From positions 1 through 64,000 of the forward strand of contig NMRA01000144.1 in the NCBI GenBank assembly GCA_002633005.1: a stretch of 64,000 nt of DNA, in the 5' to 3' direction. The translations under genes and the position numbers were made by a program. The stretch comes from Phoronis australis (taxonomy: Eukaryota; Animalia; Phoronida). Within the stretch, counting starts at the first letter, position 1. Each line of letters opens with the position of its first letter. The notes beneath the pieces were generated by a model. It did not search any database. It was not told the origin of the DNA and worked only from the letters and a program-made list of their open reading frames with translations. Positions 62,401 to 64,000 of the stretch are shown here, piece by piece.

Positions 62401-63814
62401 GTGTTCGTGCGCTCTGGTATTATTATTCTTTTTATTCAAATTCGAAAAATATCAAAATGCTTCACGGAGACGTGTAGTATATTTTGAGGTAACAGTCGCT
62501 CTCGCGCTAATGGCGACTGTCATCTTTCTTGAAGTCCATTCGCTGAAGATTCAACAAAACTACATAAATTTTTAGGTATTTTCTCAATACTTATGCTTGT
62601 AAAATCTTAACTGGTGCCTTAAAATATTACAAACATTTTCAATGACGAGACCGACATTTAATGCGAAATTGTCATTTTGTTTCGTAAGTGGATGTCTTAA
62701 AACCTACCTGCGGACGGCTTCGTGTTTGAACTATATATTTTCTTACTGTCTACAAGCAGGACACTGTGTCTCAAAATTTTATTTACCGTGAAACAACAAA
62801 GATATCAGCAAACAAAGTTTCTTTTTAAAGCAGCATTAAACCCACTATGTTATGTCAGAAAACAAGTTTTGATTTTGGCCACTCATCGTAATAAAATGAA
62901 ATTGGTCTCATAATGTTCCTTAGTCAAATATAAGGTGATTTTAGGGCTTGAAAAGAATTGAGAGTTCTTTGCTCGGGATCAGCCTGATAAAAGTTTAGGT
63001 TACGGTGTGACGTGACATTTTATGAGCTTGTTTTGAAGAAATAAATGCCACTTCTTCTCGAGCCCAGAGATGACTTCTCAACTGAGTATAGAGCAAAATG
63101 AGATTAATTTTACTAAGACAATTGGTCTAAATCAGTAATTAGTACACGTATTTAACAAAAAAACAATGGTTTATAACAATGTACCTGCGCCCTGTTTCCC
63201 GAAAAGTTGGTGGCTTTTGTCATTAGCCAAACAGTTGATTTTTGTCTTTTGCGTTTCTCGGAACGTTGTGTCTCGTGTCTGTTTGTGTGGAAATTATTTT
63301 TGTCTTTAGAATTCGGTTTCTGGTCAGATTTTTTTACTTCCAACCGTCGATCCTTAGACTGATTTTAAGCCGAAAACCAAAAGACAAAAGCCATTAGATT
63401 TTTTCAAAAAAGCGGGATACCGGTCTTTATCAATTTTGTGACGACTGAGATCTCCGTCGTTCTTTTCTCTCAGTCACCATGAAATATAAATGTGCAAAAT
63501 TTCCTACGAATTATTCCACATACAAAACAGAAACCGATATCTAAATAAAATGGAACATTTTCCAGCAAATAAAATGTATTTGAAGGTCTCGGGGATTGTA
63601 AGAACACGCTCAGGCCTTCCATTTCAGCTGTGTTACTGTGGACACTTGCATCAACGAGTGGTACCGGGATTCCTACGACAGATTCGACTGCTTAGACCTC
63701 ATTTCTGAAGTCACCACGACTATAGCCGACAAGTGTTCCTTCTGCTGTACAACACCCGGATGCAACTACCCGGATGTTCCATCGCCCAAAACACTGTACG
63801 ACCGGCAAGTCTAA
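59315..63814 (+). CDS. Secreted ShK-domain / mucin / LU(three-finger)-like protein, 538 aa; join(59315-59405,61058-62396,63628-63814)
   Basis: Phase-compatible GT-AG exons (1, 2) total 1617 nt. Signal-peptide-like exon 1, ShK-type Cys spacing, a T/S/P-rich tract and a C-terminal CxxC...CC.TPGCN domain. Confidence 0.87.
61058..62396 (+). CDS. ShK gene exon 2 (4 ShK-like modules, mucin tract, first half of Cys-rich domain)
   Basis: ttttcatttgcag|GT extends ORF 61204-62400 upstream in frame. Modules at 61060-61164, 61177-61284, 61321-61419 and 61429-61527. Donor AAGAG|gtaggt. Confidence 0.93.
61771..62013 (+). repeat. Coding 60-bp (20-aa) tandem repeat in the mucin tract, ~4 units
   Basis: STAPTRVTTTTKASTTSPTT / LTSPTRVTTTPKASTITPTT / STTSTRVTTTAKISITTPTT / STGSKQVSTTSMKTSTTVPIT. 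Confidence 0.85.
63628..63814 (+). CDS. ShK gene exon 3 (second half of LU-like domain, stop)
   Basis: cttccatttcag|C CVTVDTCINEWYRDSYDRFDCLDLISEVTTTIADKCSFCCTTPGCNYPDVPSPKTLYDRQV*. This frame is absent from the ORF track. Confidence 0.9.
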
Positions 63815-64000
63815 CGGAACCAATCGGCAACGGAGTAGTTAATTGGCTGGAATGAGTTGCCTAGTATTCAGGTGACGATGAATGCACGTGTTCAGTTGTG
63901 AGCAAAGGGACACTTCATTACACCTTTCCAATGGAATTGATGACAAGCATAACTGGAAAATTTGCGCAGAGCACTGACTCACGCTTGTATAACACATATT

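Overview
AT-rich, intron-rich eukaryotic (animal) DNA from a gapped draft assembly (241-N gap at 3944-4184; single Ns at 1912, 7631, 60971). Frequent TACATGTA motifs, the repeat types and the protein families suggest a lophotrochozoan such as a mollusc (inference). I reconstructed three spliced genes by hand with frame-consistent GT-AG junctions. (1) A 138-aa four-EF-hand calmodulin-like protein (+, 29665-34212, 3 coding exons). (2) A ~886-aa CNBD2-like protein with two cyclic-nucleotide-binding domains (-, 49433-35770, 13 exons), convergent with gene 1. (3) A 538-aa secreted protein: signal peptide, four ShK-like modules, a Thr-rich mucin stalk and a C-terminal LU/three-finger-like domain (+, 59315-63814, 3 exons). 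The rest is a mosaic of non-autonomous DNA transposons (CA...TG elements with 5-bp TSDs, a TTAA-flanked Kolobok-like element, nested Harbinger-like MITEs, a Helentron-like fragment), decayed coding relics (PIF1-like, THAP-like) and simple repeats. I found no CRISPR, rRNA or intact tRNA, and no convincing multi-gene novel system. The best leads are the ShK-mucin-LU architecture and the 5-bp-TSD mini-transposon family.
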